Source of the DNA: Planctomycetota bacterium
GTDB taxonomy: Bacteria; Planctomycetota; UBA1135; UBA2386
DNA length: 64,000 nucleotides
NCBI GenBank assembly: GCA_965223545.1
Contig: OZ245006.1
Location: 5,664,001-5,728,000 of the forward strand
Direction of reading: 5' to 3'
Shown: piece by piece, positions 18,315 through 27,858 of the stretch
Position numbering within the stretch: the stretch's first letter is position 1
How the letters are laid out: every line of letters begins with the position of its first letter
Notes under the pieces: model-generated
Databases searched by the model: none
What the model was told of the DNA's origin: nothing
The model's input: only the letters and a program-made list of their open reading frames with translations
Translations under genes and position numbers: made by a program

Positions 18315-20217
18315 ACGTCGCGTAGTCCTCGCCCAGCTCGAGCCAGACCCAGTCCGCTGCGTGGTGCGTGGCGGCAAACGCGGGCGGCAAGCCGGCGCGT
18401 TCGGTGACCAGCGTGCCGCCCTCGATCAGCACCGGCATGCGCAGGCTCAGATCGATGGCGGCCGGCAGCACGAGGTCGGTGGCCACGAACCGGTTCTCGC
18501 CGGTCTCCGCGCGCAGCCAGTCCGCGATCGCCACGCGGCCGCCGTCGGTCTCGGCATCGGCGCCGTTGTCGCAGATCGCGGTCACGTAGCCGCCGGCCGA
18601 GAACAGACTGATGCGGTAGCTCGGCGCGCGCGGCGCGCCCAGCACGAACGCCGGCGCCACTGCGCCGCCGTGGATCGCGGTCAGGGCGTTCGCGTCCAGT
18701 ACCATGGCCTGCTCGAGCCGCGCCTCGAAGGTCGGCCGGCGCTCCGGTGGCAGCAGGCCGACGCCGGTGCCGCCGCGCAGCAGGCTCAGGGTGGCGCCGA
18801 ACGGCAAGCCGCGGCGTTCGCCGTAGGCGAGCTGGTTTGCGCGCGCGCTCGGATCGAGGGGCCGCAGTGCGTAGGTCGCGTGGCGTCCGTCGCCGAACGG
18901 TGGCTGCAGCAGCCGGTCGACGCCGACGTGGAACAGCACGGTCGTGTTCTTCTCGTTGCCGCGCGGCAGGCCCCAGATCAGCACCGGTCCGGGGTCGAGC
19001 GTGGCCGCCTCGGCGGAGATGAAGCGGTGCGTGCGTTCGGCCGCGGTGAACGACTCCGCGTAGTCCGCGCGCAGCTCGAGGTGCGCGGCCGCGGTGAGTG
19101 CCAGCGCCGGCAGTGCCGTCCACCAACCGCCGCCGGCCAGCACCACGGCGACCGGCGCCAACGGCAGGCTGAACAGCCGTGCGTTGTGGGCGTAGTCGGC
19201 GCCGGACCACAGCGTCGCCGAGGGGGCCACGCTGCAGAGATACAGCGCGAGCAGTCCCGGCAGCGACCAGGCACCGAAGCGTCGCAGCAGCAAGAAGGCG
19301 CCGATCACCGCGGGGGCCGCCCCGAGCCACCACCAGTCGAGGGTCTCGGGCGGGATCCCCAGCTGGGCGGTCGCGTCCTCGGTGCACAGAGCAGCTGGGT
19401 TGAGCAAGCGGCCGGTCCAACGCGCCAACCCCCACACGGCGTCGACGGGCTGCCAGCTCGCCGCGGTGTAGCCGCCGACGAAGCGGTCGAACAGGGCGAG
19501 CCGTAGGGCGAAGTAGGCGCCGACCACCAGTGCCAGCGGAACCGCGGCGATGAGACCCGCCCGCCAGCGCCGCGCTTCGGCTGCCGAAAACGCCAGCAGA
19601 GCCGCGGCGGCCGGGGCGACCACGGCGATTTCCTTGCAGCACAGCGCCAGCGCCAGCGCCAGCGGCGCGATCCAATGACCCCGTCGCGCGCCGTCCGCGG
19701 CGCGGACCACGCACCACAGACACAGCAACAGCCACGGCTCGCAGAAGCCGGCCGTGCGGCCCGAGGCCCACAGCACGACGCCGGCGTGGATCGCCGAGGT
19801 GCCCCACAAGAGGCCGGCGGCGAAACCGACCGCACTGCCGAAGAAGCGCGCCGCCAGCTTGCCGAGCAGCATTGCCGAGAGCCCGCAGCACACCGCGTTG
19901 GTGAAGTGCGACAGCCACGGGTTGGCGCCAGCGGCCAGCTGCTCCAGCGCGAAGCCCAAGCTGACCAGCGGCCGGTAGAACCAGACCGCGCCGCGCGCGT
20001 CACACCAGTTGTCGGCGAAGTCGCCGGCGGCGCGGCCCAGCTCCGTGCTGTGGTGGAGGATGACCCAGTCGTCGGACAGCCAATAGGTCGAGAGTGGCCA
20101 CCACGCCGCGGTGACCAGCACCATGAGCAGCCACGGCCAGCGCAGCCGCGGCGGCTCGCTCGGCTCGCGGTCGAAGCCGTACGACGGGGGCGGGTAGAGC
20201 GGCGAGGTCCAGCTCAA
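18298..20217 (-). CDS. membrane protein, probable GT-C (ArnT/PMT-like) glycosyltransferase
   Basis: YWLSDDWV, FYRPL, HAGVVLWASGR, ALCCKEIA motifs; start uncertain (TTG 20217). Confidence 0.7.
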   Translation of the reverse strand: MSWTSPLYPPPSYGFDREPSEPPRLRWPWLLMVLVTAAWWPLSTYWLSDDWVILHHSTELGRAAGDFADNWCDARGAVWFYRPLVSLGFALEQLAAGANPWLSHFTNAVCCGLSAMLLGKLAARFFGSAVGFAAGLLWGTSAIHAGVVLWASGRTAGFCEPWLLLCLWCVVRAADGARRGHWIAPLALALALCCKEIAVVAPAAAALLAFSAAEARRWRAGLIAAVPLALVVGAYFALRLALFDRFVGGYTAASWQPVDAVWGLARWTGRLLNPAALCTEDATAQLGIPPETLDWWWLGAAPAVIGAFLLLRRFGAWSLPGLLALYLCSVAPSATLWSGADYAHNARLFSLPLAPVAVVLAGGGWWTALPALALTAAAHLELRADYAESFTAAERTHRFISAEAATLDPGPVLIWGLPRGNEKNTTVLFHVGVDRLLQPPFGDGRHATYALRPLDPSARANQLAYGERRGLPFGATLSLLRGGTGVGLLPPERRPTFEARLEQAMVLDANALTAIHGGAVAPAFVLGAPRAPSYRISLFSAGGYVTAICDNGADAETDGGRVAIADWLRAETGENRFVATDLVLPAAIDLSLRMPVLIEGGTLVTERAGLPPAFAATHHAADWVWLELGEDYATFIGEP

Positions 20218-20240
20218 GGTGTCATGCCATGCCTGCGCCC

Positions 20241-20720
20241 TCAGATCGGGACGCCCATCAGCTCCATCTCGAACACCATCTTGTTGTCGACGAACGCCTG
20301 CGCCGGATAGCGCGCGATCCGATTGTTCTGCAGCCCGATCTTGGCGACGAAGTGGACGCGGCACGGCGGCGTCACCACTCCGCGGAAGCGGGCACCATCG
20401 ACGCCCGCCAGACCGATGAAGCGCTCGGGCGGCCAACCGCCGTGCTTGCGCTTCATCAGCAGCGCCGACACCTGCGCGCAGCCCTCGATCATCAGGACGC
20501 CGGGCATGATCGGGCGGCCCGGGATGTGGCCGCGGCCCCACCAGGGGTTGGCGTCCCAGTCCTTGTAGCCGACGACGATCTCCTCCTCGAGGTCGAGGAA
20601 GCAGATGCCGTCGATCAGCTTGAACTCGTGATCGTGCGGCAACTGAACGCGCAGCTCCTCCTCGGTGACCAAGTCCTCGGTGAGATTGAGCTGGCTGAGG
20701 TCGACGAGCGGACGCTGCAT
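20241..20720 (-). CDS. fabZ: 3-hydroxyacyl-ACP dehydratase (FabZ/FabA hotdog family)
   Basis: LPHDHEFKLID, WWGRGHIPGRPIMPGVLMIEGCAQ, ARFRGVVTP. Confidence 0.85.
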   Translation of the reverse strand: MQRPLVDLSQLNLTEDLVTEEELRVQLPHDHEFKLIDGICFLDLEEEIVVGYKDWDANPWWGRGHIPGRPIMPGVLMIEGCAQVSALLMKRKHGGWPPERFIGLAGVDGARFRGVVTPPCRVHFVAKIGLQNNRIARYPAQAFVDNKMVFEMELMGVPI

Positions 20721-20815
20721 TTGGGCCAAGAGCTTAGCCGCGCAGCCCCGCGCCCTCCAGCCGCCGCTGCCGGCGAAGCGCTTCTCGCCGCCCCCGCGCG
20801 CGGGCCGCGGCGCGG

Positions 20816-21895
20816 TCAGCGGGTCGGCCGCAGGATGATGTGCACCGGCTCGGGCAGCTTGCCCTCGGCGATCGTCACCCGGCGCGTCACCGGGCCGAAG
20901 CGGTCGGCGCGCACGTCGAGCTGGTACGAGCCGTCGAGGACGTTGTCGAGGTGGCACACGCCGCCCCAGTTGGTGGTGCCCTCGTACTCGCGCAGCTGGA
21001 GCGAATCGGTGGCGAGCAGCTTGACCGAGGCGCCCTCGATGCCGCGCAGGCCGAACTCGACCCGCACCTCCAGCTGCTTGCCGGTGTGCACTTCGACCGT
21101 GGTGCTGCGCACGCCGGCGTGCATCTGCACGTGGACGCGCTGCGGGTCGTTCATCGGCGCGTTGAGGCTGCCCACGCGCACGTCGTAATCGCCGCTGAGC
21201 ACGGTCTCGAATACGGCGGAGCCGAAGCCATCGGTCTGCTCCCGCAGTGTGCGCCGCCCGCGCGGCTCGCCGACCGGCACCAGGAACACAGGCCGCTCGG
21301 TCACCGGCAGCCGGCGCTGATCGCGGAGCAGCACGCTGAACGGAATGCCCTCGGTGATCGCCAAGGTGACGTCGGCGATCGGCTGCTCGGGCGTTGGCCG
21401 GGCGAACTGGCGGCTGCCGTTCACACCCTCCGCCCACGCGCGCACCATGTAGCCATACTCCGAGAATGGAATGTCGCCGTACGTGAACTCGGGCGTGCGC
21501 CGGCCGAGCTCGAGCACGTGGGTGCGGGCGTAGGCGGCTTCCGGCGGATCCCCCGGGCCGGCGATCGCTTCCTCGATGGTGACGTAGATCGACCGCAGCT
21601 TGCCGACCACCTCGGCGGACAGGGCGACGTGTCCCCGAATGGTGGCGCTGGTCGCGTCCGCGGCCTGTTGGCGCAGCGGTTCTGGCGTCGTCTCCTCGGC
21701 GGCAAGGGCTGCCGGCGCGGTGCGGTCATCGCTGAGCGGAGTGCTCTCCTCCGCCGGCTCCGCCGCCGCCACCGGCCCCATCGCGACCGGCAGCGGCTCG
21801 CGCTGGCTGCTGCCGAACGCGTCGGCGCCGACCCAGGCCGCGGCGGCGCAGAGGGCTGCGCCCGCGCCGAGCAGGATGAGGTGCTTGGGGTTCAC
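20816..21895 (-). CDS. carboxypeptidase-regulatory-like (Ig/beta-sandwich) domain protein
   Basis: N-terminal anchor; repeated TDGFGSAVF...GDYDVRV and TNWGGVCHL...GSYQLDVRA units. Confidence 0.7.
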   Translation of the reverse strand: MNPKHLILLGAGAALCAAAAWVGADAFGSSQREPLPVAMGPVAAAEPAEESTPLSDDRTAPAALAAEETTPEPLRQQAADATSATIRGHVALSAEVVGKLRSIYVTIEEAIAGPGDPPEAAYARTHVLELGRRTPEFTYGDIPFSEYGYMVRAWAEGVNGSRQFARPTPEQPIADVTLAITEGIPFSVLLRDQRRLPVTERPVFLVPVGEPRGRRTLREQTDGFGSAVFETVLSGDYDVRVGSLNAPMNDPQRVHVQMHAGVRSTTVEVHTGKQLEVRVEFGLRGIEGASVKLLATDSLQLREYEGTTNWGGVCHLDNVLDGSYQLDVRADRFGPVTRRVTIAEGKLPEPVHIILRPTR

Positions 21896-22086
21896 GATCG
21901 TGATCTCGCGGAGAGGGGGACTGGGGAATAGTAACCCGCCGGTGCCGAGTCACCGCCGCGGTCGGCGGTGCCGCGGCGCGGACCCCTCGGTGCCATTGCG
22001 TGCTTCGCCGCCCGTGATGGGCAAAACCGACCCGCGCGCGGGAACTGCCGTCCGAGCGCGCTACAATTCTCCCGCTCCCCGCTCCC

Positions 22087-22590
22087 ATGGCCGCCGCCGA
22101 TCCGCTCCCGCCAGATCCCTCCGCGCCCCGGCCCCGTCTCGAGCCGTCCGGTGGGGGATTGCCCGGGGACGACGAGCTGGCGCGGATCCGTGAGATCCTG
22201 GTCGGGGCGGCGCTGCGCCAGGTGAACGCGCGCTGCACGGTCTTGGCCGACCAGCTCGACGCCGGCCTGCGCGCGCTACGCGAGGACGTCGACCAGCGGT
22301 TGCGCCGCCTGGAGACGTCCGTCGAGCAGCGCTTGACGCAGCGCGACCGGGATCGGCAGGCCGTCGACGAGCGCGTGCGCGGTGAGCTGGCCGATCTGCG
22401 CGCCGCCTGGCGGCGCGAGCTCGAGGCCACGACCGAGCGCCTCGGCCGAGACGCGGCCTCCGCGATCGACGGGCTCCGGTCGCAAACGCTGGGGCGCGCC
22501 GATCTCGCCGCATTGCTGGCCGAGCTCGGCCAGCGGCTGGGCGACCGCGGCGACGAGGCCTCCGCCCGTGGAGAGCCCGGTGAGCGCTGA
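22087..22590 (+). CDS. coiled-coil protein, first gene of the Rab-like GTPase operon
   Basis: ELARIREILVG start, long helical body, RADLAALLAELGQRL end; overlaps the next gene; TACAAT -10-like element at 22062. Confidence 0.8.
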   Translation: MAAADPLPPDPSAPRPRLEPSGGGLPGDDELARIREILVGAALRQVNARCTVLADQLDAGLRALREDVDQRLRRLETSVEQRLTQRDRDRQAVDERVRGELADLRAAWRRELEATTERLGRDAASAIDGLRSQTLGRADLAALLAELGQRLGDRGDEASARGEPGER

Positions 22591-24274
22591 ACGCAACGGG
22601 GCGGGTGGGGTCCCGCCGGCCGAGCTGGCCGAGCTCCGCCGCCTTCTCTTCGGCAAGGAGCACGAGGGGCTCGATGAGCTGCGCGCGCGGTTCGGCGATC
22701 GGGAGCGGTTCGCGGAGGAGTTGGCGGGGCTCTTGCCGGAGCTGTTGGCGCGCCGCGAGCAGCCCGACGCGCGCCTCGGTCGCGCCCTGTCGCCGACCTT
22801 CGAGATGCTGCTGCGGGAGTCCGCCCGCCGCCATCCGGAGGTGATGCGCGACGCGGTGTTCCCGATTCTCGGGCCCGCGATCCGCAAGGCGGTCAGCGCG
22901 GCGATCGCCGGGTTGGCGCAATCGATCAATCGCACCCTCGAGGAGACGGTGTCGGTGCGCTCGATGCGGTGGCGCTTCCAGGCGTGGCGCACCGGCCGGT
23001 CGTTCTCCGACATCGTGCTGCTGCACAGCCTGCTCTACCGGGTCGAGCAGGTGTTCTTGGTTCACCGCGAGAGCGGTCTACTGCTGGCGCACGTGTCCGC
23101 GCAGGACGCGCCGCCGACCGCCCCCGACTTGGTCTCGGGAATGGTGACGGCGATCGGCGACTTCGCGCGCGACTCGCTTGGCTCCGGCGATGGCGAGCTG
23201 TCCAGCTTCCGCGTCGGCGACTTGACCATGCTCGTCGAGGGCGGGCCGCATGCCGTCGTCTGCGTCGCGGTGCGCGGCGTGCCGCCGGGCGACCTGCAGG
23301 CGCTGTTGGTGGAGACCGTCGAAGACGTGCACCGCGAGCTCGCCTCACCCCTGGCGGCCTTCGACGGCGACGCCACGGCGTTTCGCCGTGCCGAGCCGCT
23401 GCTCGAGCGATGCCTGCGCCAGCAACGCCGCCCGACGCGGCGCAGCCCGGTGGGTTGGGTGCTGATGGGCTCCGCCGCCGCGGCGCTCGTGGTGGGAGCG
23501 GTTTGGTGGTGGAGCCAGCGCTCCGCGCGCGACGCGCTGTGGCAGTCCTACCTGGAGCGGGTCGCGCAGGAGCCTGGCCTCCTGGTGGTCGACCAGCAGC
23601 GCGACGCCGGTGTCTATCGCTTGGTCGGGCTGGCCGATCCGCTGGCCGCCGATCCCGCGCAGCTGCTCGCCGACGCCGGTCTCGACCCGGCGCGGGTGTC
23701 GATGCGTTGGGAGCCGTACGCGGCGGCGGCATTCTTGTCGGCGCGGGCTCGCCGATTGCTCGAGGTGCCCGACAGCGTGCGGCTCGACGTGCGCGGCCAG
23801 ACCCTGGTGCTCACCGGCCACGCCGCGCCGCAGTGGGTCGCGGAGGCCGAGCGGCGCGCCCCGCTGCTCGGTGCGACCGACGTCGACAGCAGTGGTCTGG
23901 TGAGCGTCGATCTCGACGAGCTGCGCGTCTACCAAAAACGCGCCAACGCCCTGGTGCCCGCGTTCGGCGACGGCGTGACGGTTCTCGACTACGAGCGGCT
24001 ACGGCCGGTGGCCGATCTGTTGGCAGCCGCCGAGCGCTTGGCTCGTCAGGCCGGTGGCGGGCTCGCCGTAACTGTGTCGGGCTATGGCGACACCGGTGAC
24101 GCCGAGGCCGTCGCGTTGGTCACCGCGCGGCGGCGGGCAAACTTCGTGCGGCGCACCTTGGAGGAGTTGGTCGAATGGTCGGCAACCGTCTTCGAAGCGG
24201 AGGCGCGCGGCGATTTCGGCGGCGCGGGCAGCGTGCGGTTCGAGCTGCAATGGCGAGCGGAGGCCGGGCGGTGA
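22580..24274 (+). CDS. membrane protein with cytoplasmic helical + longin/roadblock-like domain, TM, and BON/OmpA-like periplasmic region
   Basis: ELRRLLFG; FPILGPAIRKAV; YRVEQVFLVHRESGLLL...DLVSGMVTAIGDFARDS; TM WVLMGSAAAALVVGAVWWW; OmpA-like VTVSGYGD...RRRANFV. Confidence 0.8.
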   Translation: MSAERNGAGGVPPAELAELRRLLFGKEHEGLDELRARFGDRERFAEELAGLLPELLARREQPDARLGRALSPTFEMLLRESARRHPEVMRDAVFPILGPAIRKAVSAAIAGLAQSINRTLEETVSVRSMRWRFQAWRTGRSFSDIVLLHSLLYRVEQVFLVHRESGLLLAHVSAQDAPPTAPDLVSGMVTAIGDFARDSLGSGDGELSSFRVGDLTMLVEGGPHAVVCVAVRGVPPGDLQALLVETVEDVHRELASPLAAFDGDATAFRRAEPLLERCLRQQRRPTRRSPVGWVLMGSAAAALVVGAVWWWSQRSARDALWQSYLERVAQEPGLLVVDQQRDAGVYRLVGLADPLAADPAQLLADAGLDPARVSMRWEPYAAAAFLSARARRLLEVPDSVRLDVRGQTLVLTGHAAPQWVAEAERRAPLLGATDVDSSGLVSVDLDELRVYQKRANALVPAFGDGVTVLDYERLRPVADLLAAAERLARQAGGGLAVTVSGYGDTGDAEAVALVTARRRANFVRRTLEELVEWSATVFEAEARGDFGGAGSVRFELQWRAEAGR

Positions 24275-24771
24275 AGCAGCTGAAAGTGTGCATGCTCGGC
24301 GCATACGCCGTCGGCAAGACCAGTCTCGTCTCTCGCTTCGTGGCCGGCGTGTTCTCCGAGCGCTACATCACCACGATCGGCGTCAAGATCGACCGCAAGG
24401 ACGTCGTCGTCGCCGATCACCACGTGCGGCTCGTGCTCTGGGACATCAACGGCGAGGATCGCTTCATCAAAGTGCAGCCGTCCTATGTCAAGGGCGCCAG
24501 TGCCTGTCTGCTGGTGGCGGACCCGACCCGCGGGGTGACGCTCGACGTGGTCGAGGACCTGCGCCGCCGTGCCCGCGATCACGCCGGCGACGTTCCCATG
24601 CAGGTCGTGCTCAACAAGCACGACCTGCTCGATGCCTGGGCCTTCGACGAGGATGCGGCGCGGGCCCGGTTCGGCGACCTCGAGGTGTGCACCACCAGCG
24701 CCAAGACCGGCGCCGGGGTCGAGGACATGTTCTGCGGGCTCGCGCGGCACTGCGTCGGCGGCGTGGGCTGA
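24271..24771 (+). CDS. Rab-like small GTPase (Ras superfamily)
   Basis: G1 GAYAVGKT, G2 YITTIG, G3 WDING, G4 NKHD, G5 TSAK; 166 aa; GTGA overlap with the upstream gene. Confidence 0.92.
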   Translation: MKQLKVCMLGAYAVGKTSLVSRFVAGVFSERYITTIGVKIDRKDVVVADHHVRLVLWDINGEDRFIKVQPSYVKGASACLLVADPTRGVTLDVVEDLRRRARDHAGDVPMQVVLNKHDLLDAWAFDEDAARARFGDLEVCTTSAKTGAGVEDMFCGLARHCVGGVG

Positions 24772-24889
24772 AGCGAATGCGGCGGTCGCGGCGCCGCGAA
24801 TCGCCCGCTCAATCGGATTGGTACTGGCCGGCGCGGCCGATGGGCCGTAGGCACGGCGTCCCCTTCTCTTTTCCGAGGCGTACTGGTCC

Positions 24890-26812
24890 ATGCGTACCCA
24901 CCCAGTCCTGTCGCTCGTGCTGGCACTGCCGCTCGGCGCCCAGCCGCAGCTCGAGCGGCCGATTCCCTATCCGCTGCCACGAGATGCCGCTTGGGCCGCC
25001 GCGGTCGAAGCCGGAACCCGCACCGATCACGGTTCGCCGGGTGCCGCCTACTGGACCAACCGCGCGCACTACCGCTTGCGCGCCAGTCTGGATCCGGCGA
25101 CCGCGCAGGTGCGCGGCGAGGCCGAGATCACCTACCAGAACCGGTCGCCGCATCCGATCCGCACTCTCGTCGTGCACCTTCGCCAGAACGCACACAAGGA
25201 GGGCGCGCTCCGCAATCGCTACCTCGAGGTCACCGGCGGCGTGCAAGTCGAGGACGTGCGCGTCGGCGGTCAAGAGGTGCGGGACGGAGCGGCGCGCGGC
25301 GCGCGCGTCGAGCGGGGTGACGCCTCGATGCGCACGCGCGGCACCCTGATGTCGATCCGGCTCGCCGAGCCGCTGCCGCCGGGCGGCGAGACGCAGCTGT
25401 CGATGCGCTGGCAGTACCGCGTGCCGCGTCGCGGCGCGCCGCGCAACGGTCACGACGACCACCACACCTATTACCTCGGCTACTGGTATCCGCAGCTGGC
25501 CGTGTTCGAGGACGTCGCCGACGACTGGGTGGCGGAGCAGTACTTCAGCAACGCCGAGTTCTACATGGGCTACGGCAGCTACGACGTCGAGTTCAGCGTG
25601 CCCGCCGGGTGGCTCGTGCGGGCCACGGGGACGCTGCAGAACGCGGACGACGTGCTCACCGAAACCGCGCTCGAGCGCTTGGCCCAAGCGCGGGCCGGGC
25701 GCGACATCGTGCGCGTCATCGACGAAGACGATCTGGAGAACGGGCGAGTGACGCGCATGGATCGCGGCGACACGCTCACCTGGCACTTCAAGGCGGAGGA
25801 TGTGCGCGATTGCGCGGTGAGCATCTCCAACCGCTACGTCTGGGACGCGACCCACGCCGTGGTCGAGGCGGGTGCCGACGGCACGGCGCCGCGGAAGGCG
25901 ATGATCCACGCGGTCTACCGGCTCGACTCCGACTCGTTCGCCAAGGCGGCGGAGTACGGGCGCCACACCATCGAGTACATGTCGAAGCTGCTCACGCCGT
26001 ATCCGTGGCCGCACATGACGGTGTGCGGTGGCGTCATCGGCGGTGGCATGGAGTTCCCCATGATGACCATTTGCGGCAGTGGCAGTGCCGGCCTGGTCGC
26101 CCACGAGCTGATCCACATGTGGTTTCCGATGCTGGTCGGCACCAACGAGAAGGCGCGCGCGTGGCAGGACGAGGGCTTCACCAGCTTCTTCACCACTCTC
26201 TGCACGGCGGCACTCCGCGAGCGGCCGGAGTCGGCGTCAGGTGCGCTGCGCGGCTACCTGCGCGGAGCGGCCCGCGGCGAAGCCGCGCCGTTGATGCGTC
26301 ACGGCGACCGCTACCCCAACCGTGGGGTCTACGGGTTCGCCTCCTACTCGAAGAGCGCCGCGGTGCTGCACCAGCTGCGCGACCTCGTCGGTGATGACGT
26401 GTTCTTCGCGGTGTTCCGCCGCTATGTCGAGGAGTGGACGCACAAGCACCCCTATCCCGCCGACTTCTTCAACGCGTTCTCGCACGGCGCCGGCCGGGAC
26501 TTGAGCTGGTACTTCCGCACTTGGTACTACGAAACCTGGCAGCTGGACCAGGCGATCGAGTCGGTCGAGCAGAGCGGCGACGCCACGGTGGTGCGCGTCG
26601 CCGACATGCGGCGTGCCACCTACCCCACGATCGTCGAGGCCCGGTTTGCCGACGGCCGCGTGGAAACCGCCGAGATCGCCGTCGAGCACTGGTTGTCGGG
26701 GAAGCGCACGGCCGAGGTGCGGTTCGGTCCCGGGGTCGAGCGGGTCGAGCTCAACCCCGACCGGGCCACGCTGGACTTGTCGGCGGAAAACAACGCCTGG
26801 CCGCGGGAGTGA
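24890..26812 (+). CDS. secreted M1-family metallo-aminopeptidase
   Basis: Signal peptide; GGMEFP, HELIH followed 18 residues later by E (WQDEG), YSKSA. Confidence 0.92.
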   Translation: MRTHPVLSLVLALPLGAQPQLERPIPYPLPRDAAWAAAVEAGTRTDHGSPGAAYWTNRAHYRLRASLDPATAQVRGEAEITYQNRSPHPIRTLVVHLRQNAHKEGALRNRYLEVTGGVQVEDVRVGGQEVRDGAARGARVERGDASMRTRGTLMSIRLAEPLPPGGETQLSMRWQYRVPRRGAPRNGHDDHHTYYLGYWYPQLAVFEDVADDWVAEQYFSNAEFYMGYGSYDVEFSVPAGWLVRATGTLQNADDVLTETALERLAQARAGRDIVRVIDEDDLENGRVTRMDRGDTLTWHFKAEDVRDCAVSISNRYVWDATHAVVEAGADGTAPRKAMIHAVYRLDSDSFAKAAEYGRHTIEYMSKLLTPYPWPHMTVCGGVIGGGMEFPMMTICGSGSAGLVAHELIHMWFPMLVGTNEKARAWQDEGFTSFFTTLCTAALRERPESASGALRGYLRGAARGEAAPLMRHGDRYPNRGVYGFASYSKSAAVLHQLRDLVGDDVFFAVFRRYVEEWTHKHPYPADFFNAFSHGAGRDLSWYFRTWYYETWQLDQAIESVEQSGDATVVRVADMRRATYPTIVEARFADGRVETAEIAVEHWLSGKRTAEVRFGPGVERVELNPDRATLDLSAENNAWPRE

Positions 26813-26837
26813 CCGCAGTCGTAGCAATCGACGGGCT

Positions 26838-27536
26838 CTACGCCGGCCGCTCGCGGAAGTCCAACCGCCCCCGCGATCGCCGCCACCCGCCCTTCAGCAG
26901 CCAAGTCCGCGCCCGCACCGTCGGCCGCGCCACCGGCTCCGACAGCTCCACCTCCTCACGCCACCCGTCGAACCAAGGCCCCGACGAGTAGACGTCGATC
27001 GCCTGCCGCGGCCGCTGCCGGTGGTGCCAAGCATTCTGCAGCACATACACCAACGCCCGCCGCACCTCCGTCGGCGAGCGCAGCACCCGCTCGTGAAACC
27101 GCTCGGCGAACACCCGCCCCGAGCGCCCCCAGAGCTTGTTCAACCCCCGCGCCATCCGCACCAACAGCCCGGTCATCCCCCGCGTCAACGCCTCCCGGTC
27201 CTTCGCCTCCACCAGCAAATGCAAGTGATCGCGCTGCACCGAGAACTCCACCAACCGAAACCCGAACCGCCCACACCCCGCCCGGATCCGCTCCACCAAC
27301 ATCCAGTACGTCCGCGCATTCCGCAGACTGGGCAACCCCCGACACAACCGCACCGTCAAGTGTAGGGGATACCGCGCCACCAACGCCCCCCGCGCCAAGT
27401 GCGGCACCGTCTCATCACTCACCTTGGGCCGCCCAGCCCCCTCCCGAGCCCCACCCCACTGCCGAAACGGCAGCTCGCCCTGCGCCACCCGACGGCGCCG
27501 TCCACCGCGCCGCGCTTGAACAGTCTTGTTCGTCAT
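26838..27536 (-). mobile_element. Y1/HUH tyrosine transposase (IS200/RAYT-like)
   Basis: PLHLTVR, HUH motif DHLHLLVE, GRVFAERFHERVL, catalytic Tyr in YVLQN; strong G/C strand skew unlike neighbouring genes. Confidence 0.85.
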
Positions 27537-27858
27537 TTGAATTAGCGACCTTATGAAACAGGAAGTGAACATGCAAGAACGCGACAAGAAAACCGGTCGG
27601 GAGGGCCGCCGACCGTGGCGGAGCTGAGGCGAATGCGCACGACTCCGCGACAAACGCCCCGTCTTGATTCCGCGACCTTCAGTTCAAGCCACGCACCCAA
27701 GCACGGCCCAGGACGACCCGCCGCCCGCAGGTCTGGATCCGGAGGCCGAGGGAGCGCGCACGCAGCACGCCCCAGGGCTTCCACCACCCCCAGCTCCAGA
27801 GCTGAAGGCTCGCCTTGGCACGCGAGCGCCGGAGGTTTGGAGAGACAGTGTCTCCTGG

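Noticed and set aside
15777..18377. Very long antisense or alternate-frame ORFs (also 35240-37792, 52488-54947, 58444-61140, 58596-61403, 7554-9932, 9226-11292)
   Set aside because: Shadow frames of well-supported genes in high-GC DNA; Arg/Ala/Pro-rich with no motifs
20241..21437. Apparent long N-terminal extensions or fusions in the ORF track (also 3123-4280, 18298-20541, 45314-47488, 54751-56613)
   Set aside because: The extensions overlap upstream genes in another frame; better internal starts exist
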